From Catajapyx aquilonaris (Eukaryota): 36,730 nt of DNA. Positions 34,576 through 36,730 of this stretch are shown here, in pieces. How positions within the stretch are numbered: the first letter of the stretch is position 1; each line of letters starts with the position of its first letter. The notes beneath the pieces were generated by a model. The model was not told the DNA's origin and made no database searches. It was given only the letters and a program-made list of their open reading frames with translations. Location: contig JYFJ02003880.1 of the NCBI GenBank assembly GCA_000934665.2, forward strand, positions 1 to 36,730. The letters run 5' to 3'. The position numbers and the translations under genes are program-made.

Positions 34576-35464
34576 TATGGACACTCAGTCGGCACTGAAA
34601 ATAAATCCAAAACTGCTCACTCAAAGGATTCCTTGTTTCAAAACAAAGCCTTTATGATGTATTACCTGCACAGGATTCTCAGTCGCCAGAATTTACGTCA
34701 GACGTGTCGACATGTTGTAAAATAGAAATCTTGGTGAAATTGTAAAATTATTGTCCGATCCACATCAGACTGCTCTCCACCGAATGGAATGCATTGTCGG
34801 TGTTGTTTACTCACGGTAACCCAGACAACTACAAAAGTACCCGTAGACATAGGTGCTGCTGACATCCATCGTCCGGGTGACCTTCACAGCACAATGACGT
34901 GATGATTGTGTGCTGGATGTGAAGCAGAGAAAAAGGCCGATTTGAACTGTATTGAAATATTAGCCGTAAATTCCAGACATGTCATAATCTTCTTCCGCCT
35001 CGATTTCCGACCTCTGTTCCAGCCAGAGGACGACACGAGATTCACTCAAAGCATGGATCCACATCAGCGACTCAAATTGCATGACATTCGCAGAATTTCA
35101 TAAAAAATTAGCATTTATATTGCTTCACTTATGTCGCAGGTACATCATACAGAACTTCCTATAGCCTACCTATAATTATGGCCTGTATGCTATCATAGTG
35201 TTGGCCATAAATAATGACATGTAGTGCACACTTTTGCCTCCGCTTTCATAACGGGACACACGAAAAATGTGAAGCAGTGAAAAATATTACTGGGAAGGTC
35301 ATAAGCACATTGGACTTGACCGCAGGATACTGAAAATACTTTGGGACATTGGCCCGCGTTCTAACCATGCGCAATGGGGTGTAAACAACGGTTGTGGTTT
35401 GTTTGCTCAGGCAGCCTGTCGGATGCCCTCGAGCTGACTTTTGCTTCTTTGAAGCTGGAGGTTC

Positions 35465-36620
35465 AAAGATATCCAAGCAACAATAATTCAGACCACATAT
35501 TGTCAGGACCCTTACATACGTGAAGGTTTTAATGTTTATTTATTGTTCTCGTCGAGATCAATGCAGGTTGAAGCCGTAATGTGTCTAGGATGAGATGTCT
35601 AATGAATAATTGATTACGATAACAGGGCGTCGCTCATATAATTCTTCTGTTTCTTCGTGTCCATGCAACTGATCTTGCGTAATGCGGACACTAACGTTGC
35701 GCATGTTTCTTATATAAGTGTCTCGTATCGTGTCAACAAACACTTAGAGTCATTATAATGGTCTTCCTTCCTTTTGCATCGATCACCACTTGGCTTAGTA
35801 GTACTCATTGTTGTCATGGCATGTGCAAATCCTACAGTGCCAAGTTAGCAACCAGAAATAATGTTACGGTTGCCAATAATAATTTATGTTTTCAATGCGG
35901 TGTAATGTTAGTCTTCATCACCTTCAAAGATTCTGAAATAAATACCTGGTGCAAATATTAGAAATGAAAAGAATACGGCTGTTAATTTGCATACAGAAAT
36001 GTCAAGTCAAAGACCTCAAGATATTTGTGAGAGAAGTTTGGTTAATGTTTTAGGTATATAGTCTGGTGACCCGGGGTAGCTTGCCCCCTGGGGTAACTGG
36101 TTGTTTACTGTTATCCTTTTACATATGCTGCCATGGTGATTGCCCGCGGGATAGCTTACCCGGGGTCACCAGACTAGGGGCCTTAATAAGAGTACTGGAT
36201 ATAATTATGTTTTTTCGTGACTCTTTTATTCAGGAAATTTTTTGAAGTGGACTTTGGCAACTCATAATGATTAATGATCATTGGATGAAATAGGTTCAAG
36301 CACAACAAAATTGACTGGCCTTCAATGATAATCAAAGGAACAACGATTTACGTTAAGCAAATCCGCATAAAGGAATAAAATGAACTAATAAATTCTCGTC
36401 ATTTTTATTTTGAATTTGACTTCCTTACTTCATTACACAGATAGCTCAGAACTAGTTAGAAACGGTAGAAAAGTGGCAGGGTAGAGTTGCAACCTGAAAA
36501 ACTGATAACAATAATATTATTGGTATACAGTATAACTTCAGCTTCACACTTAAAACTTCATATCTTCAATTCCGTCTAAAGACAGCTAGTTATGGGCCAC
36601 TGTGCTCTCAAGGTCACCAT
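35465..36620 (+). repeat. Diverged duplicate of the spacer at 29049-29690
   Basis: Same colinear blocks, expanded by insertions including the 36059-36176 hairpin. Confidence 0.75.
36059..36176. mobile_element. Small MITE-like hairpin element
   Basis: About 23-bp TIRs TAGTCTGGTGACCC(C/G)GGGTA; no TSD recognised. Confidence 0.6.
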
Positions 36621-36649
36621 AATAGTTTAGGTCTGTGATGATGTCACCA

Positions 36650-36730
36650 TCAAGGAGTTATCACTGCGTCGGTTGTGTTGCCCGAAGTATTTGTGACAGC
36701 ATCATCCAACTTTTCTCCTACTTTGAACTG
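36650..36730 (-). CDS. Gustatory receptor GR-7 (subfamily A), part of the last exon; the rest lies outside the window
   Basis: QFKVGEKLDDAVTNTSGNTTDAVITP*, homologous to the GR-1/3/6 tails. Confidence 0.85.
   Translation of the reverse strand, partial: QFKVGEKLDDAVTNTSGNTTDAVITP

Noticed and set aside
35246..35476. 76-aa ORF downstream of the orphan GR promoter
   Set aside because: No GR motifs or other recognisable homology seen; non-ATG start.

Overview
Eukaryotic, almost certainly arthropod, genomic DNA with short GT-AG introns. It holds a tandem/inverted cluster of gustatory-receptor (7tm_7/GR) genes in two interleaved subfamilies: five intact 4-exon genes, one transposon-disrupted pseudogene, and the last exon of a seventh at the right edge. 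Embedded in the cluster are: (i) a multi-exon dual oxidase (Duox)-like gene that keeps its four membrane heme histidines but has substituted the canonical NADPH/FAD-binding motifs, both EF-hand loops and the distal peroxidase residues; (ii) two paralogous, degenerate calmodulin-like genes; (iii) an ABCA transporter missing its whole central part. The GR pseudogene carries a tRNA-SINE and a 4.5-kb Helentron-like insertion that encodes remnants of a Pif1 helicase followed by a USP-family deubiquitinase, with a nested pogo-like element and a 164-bp foldback at one end. Other SINEs, MITEs, duplicated spacers and RFX X-box-like sites are present. All gene models were spliced and translated by eye; no database search was run.
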